A DNA stretch of 64,000 nucleotides, from NCBI GenBank assembly GCA_943841885.1, contig CALSZZ010000005.1, forward strand, positions 63,766 through 127,765. Reading direction: 5' to 3'. Below, in pieces: positions 10,236 to 20,138 of this stretch (positions within the stretch are counted from its first letter, which is position 1; each line of letters opens with the position of its first letter). A model generated the notes under the pieces. The model was not told where the DNA came from. It did no database searches and was given only the letters and a program-made list of their open reading frames with translations. Both the position numbers and the translations under genes were made by a program. The DNA comes from Candidatus Thalassarchaeaceae archaeon (lineage in GTDB: Archaea > Thermoplasmatota > Poseidoniia > Poseidoniales > Thalassarchaeaceae).

Positions 10236-11270
10236 TTAAATACCGTTATATCTTGAAATGGCCTCATCAGTAATTGAAACAGAATTTTTCCAATCAGAAT
10301 TTGTCCCCATCAAAGCCCTAATACAATCAATGTTCTCTGGTATAACATCACTTTCTTGGTGTACAGCTTGAAAATAGTATAATTTATTACCCTTCAAAGA
10401 AACAGCTTCTTCCCATACAAATATTTCATGAAGATCTCCCCATTTTCTACCAATATCCCTAGATAATTCCATTACTTCTGCAGTTGTTGGGATGCGATTC
10501 TCAGTACCATTCATAACAATAACTCTAGGTTGTTCTTTCCAAAGTTTAATCACCGATTCAGTAGTTAGACCATGATTAGACGGTAATTCCACTACTAAAG
10601 AATGAACGTGCATTAAAGTCGTCGGAACGGCTACAGCTAGACTATTTATTTTAATTTCAGGTTTAACTGTCATAACATCAATTCCATGGTGACTAGGTAC
10701 TTTCAAAACTGGTTTAATCGCATTAATTGGTCCTCTTTGTGAATCTCCAGGGTCTGCGGCTCTTCTGATCATAGTACATTCTACGCTTATGCCCCCACAA
10801 TAATCATGTAGTGGGACTAAGGTTCGAGAAAGTCCTGTTGTGTTACATGACACTACACGCGCCCCATTAGCATTAAGGGCAGATTTATGGTTTGCGCATG
10901 ATGTATATGAAAGCCCGGTTAACTCATGTTTTTCCCCTCCTTGAAAAATATGTTTAATTCCGGCACTTCTGTATTTCTCAAGATTCATTTTACCCATTTT
11001 TCCTGGAGAACAATCTACAACAATATCTGCTAATTCTAATAATTTTGAAATACCGCCATGGCACTCGTAACCTTGTTCCGAAAAAAGATTTATTTTTTCT
11101 TCTTCGTCAGATGTACAATAAAGGGGATATTGTTTTTTCACTGCAAGTTGACAGCCAAAATTAGGACCTGTTTTGGTAACTCCTATTACTTCCATATCAT
11201 CTTGGGCATCCACTGCGTCGGCAACTCTTTTTCCAATAGTCCCATAACCATTTATTGCTACTTTTATCAT
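10236..11270 (-). CDS. gap: glyceraldehyde-3-phosphate dehydrogenase, archaeal type II
   Basis: MIKVAINGYGTIGKRVADAV N-terminus, active-site VSCNTTGL, about 344 aa. The start was chosen at the Met preceding the Rossmann motif. The longest ORF extends to 11300. Confidence 0.9.
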   Translation of the reverse strand: MIKVAINGYGTIGKRVADAVDAQDDMEVIGVTKTGPNFGCQLAVKKQYPLYCTSDEEEKINLFSEQGYECHGGISKLLELADIVVDCSPGKMGKMNLEKYRSAGIKHIFQGGEKHELTGLSYTSCANHKSALNANGARVVSCNTTGLSRTLVPLHDYCGGISVECTMIRRAADPGDSQRGPINAIKPVLKVPSHHGIDVMTVKPEIKINSLAVAVPTTLMHVHSLVVELPSNHGLTTESVIKLWKEQPRVIVMNGTENRIPTTAEVMELSRDIGRKWGDLHEIFVWEEAVSLKGNKLYYFQAVHQESDVIPENIDCIRALMGTNSDWKNSVSITDEAISRYNGI

Positions 11271-11430
11271 TTTTACACAACGCCCCCGTAGGTTTCTCAA
11301 TTAGTTGGAATTGAACGAACTCTATCAACATAACCTCAAATAAAATAATATGATTATAGGATATCCTTTTTTCTAAGTCTATTCTCGGACAGCATGCAAG
11401 TAGATGCTTAAACGAGAGGTGGATTGATAA

Positions 11431-12975
11431 ATGCGTGAAATCACAGATAAAAGTGTTAAACTTAATAGACAACTTGATAAATTACTTATTGAATCTATGA
11501 AAAAAGATTTACTTGTTAAAATAGGGTGGGGCAGAGACCAAGATGAAAAACCCAGAAATGGTGAAATTGGAGCAATAACTCACCTCCCTGATAAATCTAA
11601 GGTGTTACTATTAGGAGATTTAGGAGAATGTGCTGGTGCAATGAATAGAGGAGGAATATTTACCTTACAAGGTTCAGCAACATCAATGTTAGGTGCTTTT
11701 CAAAAGTCTGGAAAAATAATAGTTGAGAAAGATGTAGGAGATAAAATTGGCTATCATATGGAAGGTGGAGTGATTATAGTCCAAGGTTCTGTGGGAAACG
11801 AGGCTGGAGGAAAAATGAGAGGAGGCAGTATTATTGTTAGAGGTCATGCCGGAGATAAGTTAGGTTCTAAAATGAGCGGAGGAGTTGCAATAATATTAGG
11901 ATCTACAGGCTCCGAACCTGGCCTTGGCATGGTTGGAGGGAAGTTGATAATAGCAGGAAGTTGCCCCCCTCCTGGCGAAGATGTATTGATGCGTTCTATA
12001 AACGAAGAAGAAATAGAATATTGTAAAGAATATTTAACTCCTATTGGCTTAACAATCAATGAGGATGCATTAGTATTAGAATCCGCAACCAGTAAGAAAG
12101 TACAAGATGTAAATAAGCCCATAAAAAATATAACTGAAGGATTAGAAAATATAATTTTAGTACCAGATAATAATGAGAGAATACCTGCCCATAAAACAGT
12201 AGATAATTACACATTAATTCTTCCAAAAAATCCAGATTCTGAAGGAATTTTATTTAAGGTCCCATGGCTTATTGAATGTGAGACTGCTCAAAAATGGAAA
12301 GGTAGTCATGCATCGAATCAACCTGCATTAGTTTATGAAAATCCTAGAGAAATAGATTTTTTGGAAGTCAATGAGGAAAATTTAATAAATTCTATGGAAC
12401 ATATCGACATGTGTGCAGGAATAATAATTGATTTAGCCCGAATGCCATATCTTAACGATGCTGAATTAGAAGCAATAATAGTATCACTGGTGAGCAGAAT
12501 GAAAGAATCGTCAATGGTATTCCTAAAGAATCATGTAAATAGAGTTAAAGAATTGTTTAGATTGGTTATTGAACTTAAATTAGATGGTGCGATAGTTGAT
12601 GCATCAGCCCCTGGAGGAAGTAGAGTTGCTGCCTGTTTACCTACAATTGGTTTGGCAATTAAGTCTTGGAGTTTTGTAGAAAATAATCTAAAAGTTTTCA
12701 TGAAGATCGATAAGCAGCCAACAGTAGAAGATATGCTTATTTCGGTAGCATCAGGATGTGTAGGAATAATTGGACCGATAGAAGAATCAAAGATTAATGA
12801 AAATATTCAAATTAAAGAATTAGAATTAAAAGAATGGATGTATGAACTTGGCATTGATGGATTAGAAAAAATAGGTAGAAGGAACTTAAGAGCTATTAAT
12901 TTTGATACAGCAGCAATCTCAGGTCTTCGTTTGATAGGATATAATAAATCTTTACCTATGTGGCTAGGGAGTTGA
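11431..12975 (+). CDS. GXGXG-motif protein (glutamate synthase domain-3 / FwdC-like) with a degenerate GltS FMN-domain-like C-terminal half
   Basis: Repeated right-handed beta-helix glycine motifs: GYHMEGGVIIVQGSVGNEAGGKMRGGSIIVRGHAGDKLGSKMSGGVAIILGSTGSEPGLGMVGGKLIIAG. The C-terminal DGAIVDASAPGGSRVAACLPTIGLA...ISVASGCVGIIG resembles the GGTGA / G-L-P / LGA segments of the GltS TIM barrel. GAGGTG Shine-Dalgarno lies 7 nt upstream of the ATG. Confidence 0.6.
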   Translation: MREITDKSVKLNRQLDKLLIESMKKDLLVKIGWGRDQDEKPRNGEIGAITHLPDKSKVLLLGDLGECAGAMNRGGIFTLQGSATSMLGAFQKSGKIIVEKDVGDKIGYHMEGGVIIVQGSVGNEAGGKMRGGSIIVRGHAGDKLGSKMSGGVAIILGSTGSEPGLGMVGGKLIIAGSCPPPGEDVLMRSINEEEIEYCKEYLTPIGLTINEDALVLESATSKKVQDVNKPIKNITEGLENIILVPDNNERIPAHKTVDNYTLILPKNPDSEGILFKVPWLIECETAQKWKGSHASNQPALVYENPREIDFLEVNEENLINSMEHIDMCAGIIIDLARMPYLNDAELEAIIVSLVSRMKESSMVFLKNHVNRVKELFRLVIELKLDGAIVDASAPGGSRVAACLPTIGLAIKSWSFVENNLKVFMKIDKQPTVEDMLISVASGCVGIIGPIEESKINENIQIKELELKEWMYELGIDGLEKIGRRNLRAINFDTAAISGLRLIGYNKSLPMWLGS

Positions 12976-12984
12976 GGTTTCAAA

Positions 12985-14739
12985 ATGCCAACAATCACTC
13001 TAGAACATGAATTATTGAGTTATATCCAAGGAATAAATGGCATTAAACATAAATCGAAGATATGGGATAATTGGTTAACTGAAATTGGTTGCCCTGTAGA
13101 AAGTAATAATGAAGAACAAATAGACATCGAGGTTTTTCCTGATAGACCTGACCTGTTAAGTCATGAGACTTTGGCAAAAACTGCGCGTGCTTTCTTGGGA
13201 GAAAGGAAAGAGAATACAGTAATGGATGTGAAAAAAGGAAATTGTGTTGTATATGTGGAAAAGAGTCTCGAAAATGTACGTCCAATAATAATGTCTGCTA
13301 TTGTCAGAGGCGTAAAAACTGGAAATAATATCCAAGAGAAAGAGAAATTTATTCAATCATTAATGGATCATCAGGAAAAATTACATCTAACTCTAGGGAG
13401 AAAAAGAAAATTATCCTCAATAGGAGTTCATGATTTAGAAAAAATAAAACCACCATTTGAGGTTAAGACGGTTAATTCTTCATTTAGGTTTGTTCCTTTA
13501 TCGGAGAATACGGATATGAGTATTGCAGAAATCTTAGAAAGGCATCCAAAAGGAATTGAATATTCCCATCTTATGAAAGACTATGATATTTTTCCAGTGA
13601 TATTAGATTCAAATAATGATGTGGTTTCTTTTCCCCCCATAATTAATGGGGAAAAAACTACAGTTACGAGTAGAACTAAGGATTTCTTTATTGATGTAAC
13701 AGGATGGGATAGAAGATCATGTGAAGCATGTCTATTGTTAATTTGTTTGGCACTTGGAGAAAGAAACGGAATTATTGAAAATCTAGAAATAAAATTTTCT
13801 GATGAAAAATCATTAATTACACCCGATGGAACCGCGATAAATCATAGAATACCAGATAAGTTAATTGAAAAAATACTCGGTTTGAGATTAAGTAATTCAG
13901 AAATCAAAGAGTCTATAGCTAAAATGGGCGGAGAATTGTTGGAATCTAGGACAGTTACTGACGGCCCCAATAAAGCTGAAAGATGGTCTGACTGTGTAAT
14001 TGGAGAGATTGAGCATATTATTTCAATGCCCAGATGGAGAAGTGACATAATGCATCCAATAGACATTGTTGAAGATATAGCAATAGGTTTTGGATATAAT
14101 AATTTACCTGAACAGATGTCTTCAATACATCTAGATTCATTGCCACTAAAATCTGCCCAGATGAATAGGAGAATTAGAGCTAGTTTACGTGCACTAGGAT
14201 TACAAGAAGTACAAAGTTTAACACTGTCCAATGAACGAGATCAATTTGAAAGAACTAGGTGGGAGAAAAAAGGACTAGTAACGAGTATTTCTAATCCAAT
14301 TAGTACAGAACACACAATACTTAGGCAGTATATACTTCCTTCATTATTACAAATTTTAGCCGCTAATAGACATCAAGAGTTACCACAGCGTATCTACGAA
14401 CTCGGGCATGTAGTTAATGATTCTAAGAATAGTTATTCATTTTCTTGGTCATGTGCAGAAGTAGGCGGAGGGTTCACTTCAGCCAAAGGGTATGTACAAT
14501 CGATCATCAGAGACCTAGGGATACTTAGTGAGGATGTAAAATATAAACCAATTAAAGAAAAAAAATCTCCTTGGCTCTATGGAAGAGGTGCTAAAATAAT
14601 GGTTCGAGATATTGAAATTGGTCAATTTGGAGAAATAGACCCTCGGGTAAGCGAAAAATATGGCCTAAAAACTCCGATACATGCGGGAGAATTTAGCATT
14701 ATCGAGATAAATAAAGTAGCATCTGATCCATTGATTTGA
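12985..14739 (+). CDS. pheT: phenylalanyl-tRNA synthetase beta subunit (archaeal type)
   Basis: 584 aa. N-terminal MPTI...L...EVFPDRPDLLSHE pattern, B3/4 and B5 region and class II-like C-terminal fold (ISNPISTEHTILR) typical of archaeal PheT. Confidence 0.85.
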   Translation: MPTITLEHELLSYIQGINGIKHKSKIWDNWLTEIGCPVESNNEEQIDIEVFPDRPDLLSHETLAKTARAFLGERKENTVMDVKKGNCVVYVEKSLENVRPIIMSAIVRGVKTGNNIQEKEKFIQSLMDHQEKLHLTLGRKRKLSSIGVHDLEKIKPPFEVKTVNSSFRFVPLSENTDMSIAEILERHPKGIEYSHLMKDYDIFPVILDSNNDVVSFPPIINGEKTTVTSRTKDFFIDVTGWDRRSCEACLLLICLALGERNGIIENLEIKFSDEKSLITPDGTAINHRIPDKLIEKILGLRLSNSEIKESIAKMGGELLESRTVTDGPNKAERWSDCVIGEIEHIISMPRWRSDIMHPIDIVEDIAIGFGYNNLPEQMSSIHLDSLPLKSAQMNRRIRASLRALGLQEVQSLTLSNERDQFERTRWEKKGLVTSISNPISTEHTILRQYILPSLLQILAANRHQELPQRIYELGHVVNDSKNSYSFSWSCAEVGGGFTSAKGYVQSIIRDLGILSEDVKYKPIKEKKSPWLYGRGAKIMVRDIEIGQFGEIDPRVSEKYGLKTPIHAGEFSIIEINKVASDPLI

Positions 14740-14742
14740 AAC

Positions 14743-14934
14743 TCATTCTTTAGATTGATCTAAAATTTTAAGAGCATTTAAAAAATTTTTATTCTTTAAA
14801 TGACTATTGTCATCTTTTTTAGAATCTTTTTTTGTAGAGATATTTCTTTCATATTCAACAATATTTTCTGTATAATCATATTTTCTGAGTCGTGATTTGC
14901 GGTTTTTTTTCTTGAAGGGCCAAAAAGGAGACAT
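14743..14934 (-). CDS. small basic hypothetical protein
   Basis: 63-aa Lys/Arg-rich ORF filling an otherwise empty gap, with no recognisable motif. Confidence 0.3.
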   Translation of the reverse strand: MSPFWPFKKKNRKSRLRKYDYTENIVEYERNISTKKDSKKDDNSHLKNKNFLNALKILDQSKE

Positions 14935-15025
14935 GTTGGTTCATATTAACCAGTTACCATTAAGTCTTCGTATTTTTGAGTCGAAAAATAGTATAAATGA
15001 ATAATTATCACCCCGGCAGAGGAGC

Positions 15026-15760
15026 ATGGCTAACACCATAATTGGAGTAGATGAAGCCGGAAGAGGGCCAGTCATAGGGCCTTTAGTAGTAACAGCATTA
15101 AGAATCCCAAAAAGAGATATTAAATTACTCGAAGAGATGGGTATTGAAGAATCTAAAAAGGTCAGTAAAAATAAAAGAATTTATTTGTATGAAGCGATTA
15201 TTGAAAATTGTAATAAAAGAAAATGGAATATTAGAACAATAATATGTCCTCCTTGTGAGATAGATTTGGAAGTGGAAAGAAATAATCTAAATAAATTAGA
15301 AGTTAAACTATTTTCAGATGTAATAAAAAAAACTGGTTTTTCTTTAAAAATTGAACAAATTAATTTAGATGCTTGTGATGTTAATGAGGAAAGATTTGGC
15401 GCAAATGTAAGAAGCAATTTGGGAGAAAAATGGAAAAAAACAAAAATAATCTCAAAACATAAGATGGATGATATGGATTTGGTTACGGGAGCAGCGAGTA
15501 TAATAGCAAAAGTTACTCGAGATTTTGAAATAGAAAAGATAGATAAAAATATGAGTTTTAGCATTGGCTCAGGATATCCATCTGATCCAGTAACTAAAAT
15601 TGCAGTAGAAAAAATGATCTTAGGAAATTTTCCTCATGAACAATTGAGATGGAGTTGGAAAACTGTAAAAGATAAATGGGTAAGTGTTCATAAAATGCCT
15701 GCTCCACTAAGAAGTGAATATGACGCAAATATCAAACAAACTTCACTAGATGAATGGTGA
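15026..15760 (+). CDS. rnhB: ribonuclease HII
   Basis: IGVDEAGRGPVIGPLVV catalytic DEDD N-terminal motif, ASIIAK and GSGYPSD motifs. GAGGAG SD lies upstream. Confidence 0.9.
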   Translation: MANTIIGVDEAGRGPVIGPLVVTALRIPKRDIKLLEEMGIEESKKVSKNKRIYLYEAIIENCNKRKWNIRTIICPPCEIDLEVERNNLNKLEVKLFSDVIKKTGFSLKIEQINLDACDVNEERFGANVRSNLGEKWKKTKIISKHKMDDMDLVTGAASIIAKVTRDFEIEKIDKNMSFSIGSGYPSDPVTKIAVEKMILGNFPHEQLRWSWKTVKDKWVSVHKMPAPLRSEYDANIKQTSLDEW

Positions 15761-15806
15761 AATGAGAATGGTGAAATGTAAGATATATCTGAGAGAGTAA
15801 TGTAGT

Positions 15807-17537
15807 ATGGCAGAAGAAGAGGAATGGGGAGTCGAAATTGAAAATATCGTTAGAAAATATGCTCTTCAAAATTCCTTGGAATACAAAGGCAAAGGAGTCC
15901 CAGGGAGTGTATTAGGAAGGATAATGTCTGAAAGGAAAGACTTACGAAGTAAGGCTAAGTTACTGAAGACCTATGTTGAAAGTGAAGTGAATAGTGCCAA
16001 CAATCTTGCAAAAGAACATGGTATTGAATATGTAGAGGAGTTACTTGCTAAAGAAAATCCAGACGCATTAATAAGAAAAAAACAGAAGCGTAGAGTAGGC
16101 CTTCCTGATTTAATTAATGTTGAAAATGGAAAGGTTGTACTTAGATTTGCCCCTAATCCAAATGGCCCATTGACAATAGGACATTCAAGAGGAGTCGTAG
16201 TAAATTCTAAATTTGCTGAAAAATATGAAGGAAAATTAATCCTAAGATTTGATGATACAGATACAAAAGTCAAACCTCCATTGTTAGAAGCTTACAAATG
16301 GATAGAAGAAGATTATGAATGGCTAACCGGAAGAAAGCCAGATATAATAATTAAGGCAAGTGAGAGAATGCCGATTTATTTGAGATATGCCCATGAAATG
16401 ATTTCCAAAGGATTTGGATATGTGTGCAGATGTAGTTCGAAAGATTTTAAGAAATTAAGAGATAATAGAGAAATTAGTCCTTATCGTGAAAGAAGTATCG
16501 AAGACAACCTAGCGGACTGGGATAAGATGATTAATGGTGATTTAGAAGAAGGAGAAGCAGTTGTACGTGTTAAAACGTCCATGGACATTCCAAATCCTGC
16601 ACTTAGAGATTGGCCTGCTTTAAGGATTCAACACGGAAAACACCCAATTGTTGGTGAAAAATATAAAGTCTGGCCATTATTAGATTTTCAAAGTGCTATC
16701 GAAGATCATGAACAAGGTGTCTCCCACATAATCAGAGGGAAGGATTTGATGGATAGTACGAGAAAACAAAAATTACTATATGAACACTTTCAATGGAAAT
16801 ATCCAGAAACTTTGTACTGGGGGCGTGTTAAAGTATTCGAATTCGGAGGTTTTTCCACTTCTGGGATGAAAAATTCAATACTAAGAAATGAATATTCTGG
16901 ATGGGACGACATAAGATTGCCAACAATTAAATCATTGAGGAGGAGAGGATTTAATGCTAGTTCATTAAATGATTTTTGGATAGATTTAGGACTTTCACAG
17001 AAGGATATATCAATTTCGATGCAAACAATTGAGTCTTTTAATGTTAAAAAGATAGATTCCATTACTGCACGGCGGTCATTTATCAGAAATCCAATCGAAA
17101 TTAATTTAAAAATAGAGGAATTCGGTCCTATAATATTGAAAATTCCAAATCATCCAGAAAATTTTGTTGAAGGCCATAGAGAATGGAAAATAGATGAAAA
17201 TAATAGTAAAATTTATGTTGAAAGAGAAGATGTAGAAAAAAGTCACAAGATCAGATTAAAAGATTTTGCAAGTATAAAAATAAATAAAAATGAGGGAGAT
17301 ATTGAATCCACAGATATCATAGATAAAAGACCAATAGTACACTGGATAACAAAAAATAATTCAAGGGATGCAATACTCTATATTCCAACTGAGAAAGATG
17401 TATTGATCCAAGAAGGTTTATTGGAAATGAATGATATTTCAGAAGGAACAATATATCAATTAGAAAGAGTAGGATTTGCTAAGATAGAGAAAATACCGAA
17501 CATAGGGCCGGTGGAGATGGTTTGGCTACATGGGTGA
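15807..17537 (+). CDS. gltX: glutamyl-tRNA synthetase (archaeal/eukaryal type)
   Basis: Class I HIGH-type motif RFAPNPNGPLTIGHSRG, LRFDDTD, HIIRGKD and a KMSKS-like FSTSGMK, in 576 aa. Confidence 0.9.
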   Translation: MAEEEEWGVEIENIVRKYALQNSLEYKGKGVPGSVLGRIMSERKDLRSKAKLLKTYVESEVNSANNLAKEHGIEYVEELLAKENPDALIRKKQKRRVGLPDLINVENGKVVLRFAPNPNGPLTIGHSRGVVVNSKFAEKYEGKLILRFDDTDTKVKPPLLEAYKWIEEDYEWLTGRKPDIIIKASERMPIYLRYAHEMISKGFGYVCRCSSKDFKKLRDNREISPYRERSIEDNLADWDKMINGDLEEGEAVVRVKTSMDIPNPALRDWPALRIQHGKHPIVGEKYKVWPLLDFQSAIEDHEQGVSHIIRGKDLMDSTRKQKLLYEHFQWKYPETLYWGRVKVFEFGGFSTSGMKNSILRNEYSGWDDIRLPTIKSLRRRGFNASSLNDFWIDLGLSQKDISISMQTIESFNVKKIDSITARRSFIRNPIEINLKIEEFGPIILKIPNHPENFVEGHREWKIDENNSKIYVEREDVEKSHKIRLKDFASIKINKNEGDIESTDIIDKRPIVHWITKNNSRDAILYIPTEKDVLIQEGLLEMNDISEGTIYQLERVGFAKIEKIPNIGPVEMVWLHG

Positions 17538-17593
17538 AAATAAAATATGAAAAAGGGCTTTAAATTAGTTTTCTAAGCGGCGCATTCAAGGAC

Positions 17594-18541
17594 ATGATAA
17601 CAATCAGCGAACAAATGATGACTCGTGAAAGAGGCAATGCTTTATTTTTGGGCGCACTTCTAATCGTGATTATACTATCTCCGATGAGTGTAAACGGGGA
17701 AGAATCAGAACAGTGTTGTTCAGAAACAGAATTCAATTTATTTCTATTAGGAGAATCCGACGACGGAATTATGTCTCCATTTTATTCCGATTTAGAACAA
17801 GACCCAATAGAAGAAATAGTGACCTCATCAATAGGAGGAGAGGTGAAGATAGGAACATGGGAAGTTATTTGGAGAAGTGAGGGAGAATATTCAGATGAGA
17901 TTTGGAACTTTGTGATACCTTATGAGTTACAAGAAGCTGCTGGTTTTACAATCAATGCCACACTAGAAGTAAAAGTTGGAGGAAATACCTACCAAGGGAC
18001 TTTGAGTATGCCTGAATTAATGCTCACAGGGCAGGGAGAAATCCAAATTCCCGTCAATATTGGTCAGGGAGTATTATCAGAAGGAGATTTGATTGAGGTA
18101 ACATTAAATGTACAGAATTTAATATTTTCTAACCCAGGGGATGAAAATACTGGTGTAAAATTTCTTTGGGGTTCTGAAGAATATAATGCTCACATAAGTG
18201 TTAAACTCCCTTTATTAGAAATAATTATGAAAGATGCGAGTGTATTAGGAAATTTAGCATATTTTCCAGTTTTGATTAAATCGGGATTTGAAGACAGGAT
18301 GTGGTCCGGATCAGATGGTAAAGCTAAGGTACAAAATTTAGAAATAAGTGATAGCCCCATTGCAATACTCAGAGAAGAAGGAGTAGAAGTCACTTTTGTT
18401 TGGGAGATACCAGATAACCTAAATGGTGAAATTAGATTTGATTTTGAATTGATACCTCAACCCGGTTTAATATTAGAATTGAATAAAACTCATGATATAA
18501 CAATAGGAGGAGGCACCGGGGGAAAACGATTGGTATCCTGA
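17594..18541 (+). CDS. secreted/membrane hypothetical protein, N-terminal part of a probably frameshifted gene
   Basis: N-terminal TM/signal (ALFLGALLIVIILSPMSVNG). The ORF ends just after a G5A4 run. The next frame is open from 18507 and runs into the downstream ORF. Confidence 0.55.
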   Translation: MITISEQMMTRERGNALFLGALLIVIILSPMSVNGEESEQCCSETEFNLFLLGESDDGIMSPFYSDLEQDPIEEIVTSSIGGEVKIGTWEVIWRSEGEYSDEIWNFVIPYELQEAAGFTINATLEVKVGGNTYQGTLSMPELMLTGQGEIQIPVNIGQGVLSEGDLIEVTLNVQNLIFSNPGDENTGVKFLWGSEEYNAHISVKLPLLEIIMKDASVLGNLAYFPVLIKSGFEDRMWSGSDGKAKVQNLEISDSPIAILREEGVEVTFVWEIPDNLNGEIRFDFELIPQPGLILELNKTHDITIGGGTGGKRLVS

Positions 18542-18647
18542 AAATGAGCCTTTAAGGAGTGGAGGGACGGAATTAGAAATTAATATCGATGCAACGTTCA
18601 AAGGGAATTTAGTAGAACGGCAAATTTCAATAGAATTTGATGGTTCA

Positions 18648-19622
18648 ATGTCCCAATGGATAAGATGGGGACTAGATAACATAGGAAATAATACCTTAGA
18701 TTCGAATAGTTGGTGGAAAAATCTTAATGAATATTCAAATTCAATAAAATCTTCTGAGAAACATAATGGTAAGGTAGATGATTCAGAAATATTAGCCTTA
18801 CAGAACCATTTGATAGGCTCTAAATCTGACTTAAAGTCATTCTTTGCAAATGGGTTATTTTTAGAAATTGAATCAATAATTGGCGTTGATCCAGTTGAAC
18901 TAGGACCAACCAAAATAGATATCAATATGGGTAGATCGAGAGCTTTTAGCTCTGAAGAAATAATAATTACCATAGAATCATCTTATAGAATTGAAGAGGG
19001 ACAAAGACAGCTGTTGGTAGAAAATTTTGTTAGACCGTCGGCAGAGAAATACTGGACTGAAATTTCATTAGTAATTGGGATGAAAACAAATATGTTAACA
19101 GGATTAGGTGACATATATGCTGATGAAATGAATTATGATCTAAGAAGATGGATTATTATGGAAGTAATTACGGTTGAAGACAACGATATTGATTCAGATA
19201 CTGAATTCAGAATTGAATTCGTCCCCCCCAACTCATTTTTGTTTAGTCCGCTAGTTTCTGCGATGATGTCAGTTTTAGCACTATCAATTTCTCTTTTGAT
19301 TGGGATGGCGCTTACTAAGAGAAGAGCCAGAGTCCCTACAATGGTAACAATTCTAGTCCTCGGTTCTCTAGCATTTTCTATTTATTGGATGGGTTTGCCA
19401 ATGCAAATTGTTTTAGGAATTGTTTCAACAAGTATTTTACTAGTCTTTCCAATATCTTTAGTTTCACCATCATCAGGTACAATCGAGAAAATTAGTAAAA
19501 AAATAGGAGGACCACATGTAAAATGTCCTTCTTGTGGTAAGTCCAATCAAGTTCAATCTAATGTGAGACCACTGAGAATACCGTGCTCAGAATGTAATAG
19601 CATACTAAGGATTGAGGCTTAA
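18648..19622 (+). CDS. membrane protein with C-terminal cytoplasmic zinc ribbon, C-terminal part of the same gene
   Basis: The frame is open from 18507 (first ATG at 18648). Two C-terminal TM helices are followed by KCPSCGK...IPCSECN. Confidence 0.55.
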   Translation: MSQWIRWGLDNIGNNTLDSNSWWKNLNEYSNSIKSSEKHNGKVDDSEILALQNHLIGSKSDLKSFFANGLFLEIESIIGVDPVELGPTKIDINMGRSRAFSSEEIIITIESSYRIEEGQRQLLVENFVRPSAEKYWTEISLVIGMKTNMLTGLGDIYADEMNYDLRRWIIMEVITVEDNDIDSDTEFRIEFVPPNSFLFSPLVSAMMSVLALSISLLIGMALTKRRARVPTMVTILVLGSLAFSIYWMGLPMQIVLGIVSTSILLVFPISLVSPSSGTIEKISKKIGGPHVKCPSCGKSNQVQSNVRPLRIPCSECNSILRIEA

Positions 19623-19626
19623 TAAA

Positions 19627-20103
19627 TCAAACATCAAGAACGACCTGGGCGACCCACCCTGGTCCTTCAAACGCGGGAATTGAAACTTCTGTACTATTCA
19701 ATATCTCGTTTTTATACATTTCTTTGAACATTAATTCATGCATAGTAACAGCTTTAATTTCAATCTCCCTTGATACTAATTTTGAATCTACCCAAGACAC
19801 ATATGCATCTATTGTTAAATCAGAAATTTTAAATGAGACGTCTATTAACCATTTATCTTCAATTGAACCCCTAAAAAGTACTTCTTCAAGCCATAAAACT
19901 AATCCTCTTTCTAAATCTTCATCAATAAGTGGTATAGACCATTGGCCCGTGTGATGATTCAATGTTGTTATTTTATCATTCCCTTCATCCGATAATTGAA
20001 TTTCTTGAAAACCAAAAGTAACTTCTCTTAGTAAATCTAAAGGGTTACTAGAAAAAGCCCTTATTCCTATATCTGCAGTTGTTGGGAGTATCCACCACGA
20101 CAT
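19627..20103 (-). CDS. archease (RtcB activator)
   Basis: N-terminal PTTADIGIRAF (archease hTADigvrAyG motif), C-terminal IKAVTMHEL...VVLDV, 158 aa. Confidence 0.8.
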   Translation of the reverse strand: MSWWILPTTADIGIRAFSSNPLDLLREVTFGFQEIQLSDEGNDKITTLNHHTGQWSIPLIDEDLERGLVLWLEEVLFRGSIEDKWLIDVSFKISDLTIDAYVSWVDSKLVSREIEIKAVTMHELMFKEMYKNEILNSTEVSIPAFEGPGWVAQVVLDV

Positions 20104-20138
20104 ATTTTCAACTACCTTAAATGAGAAATTTATTATAA

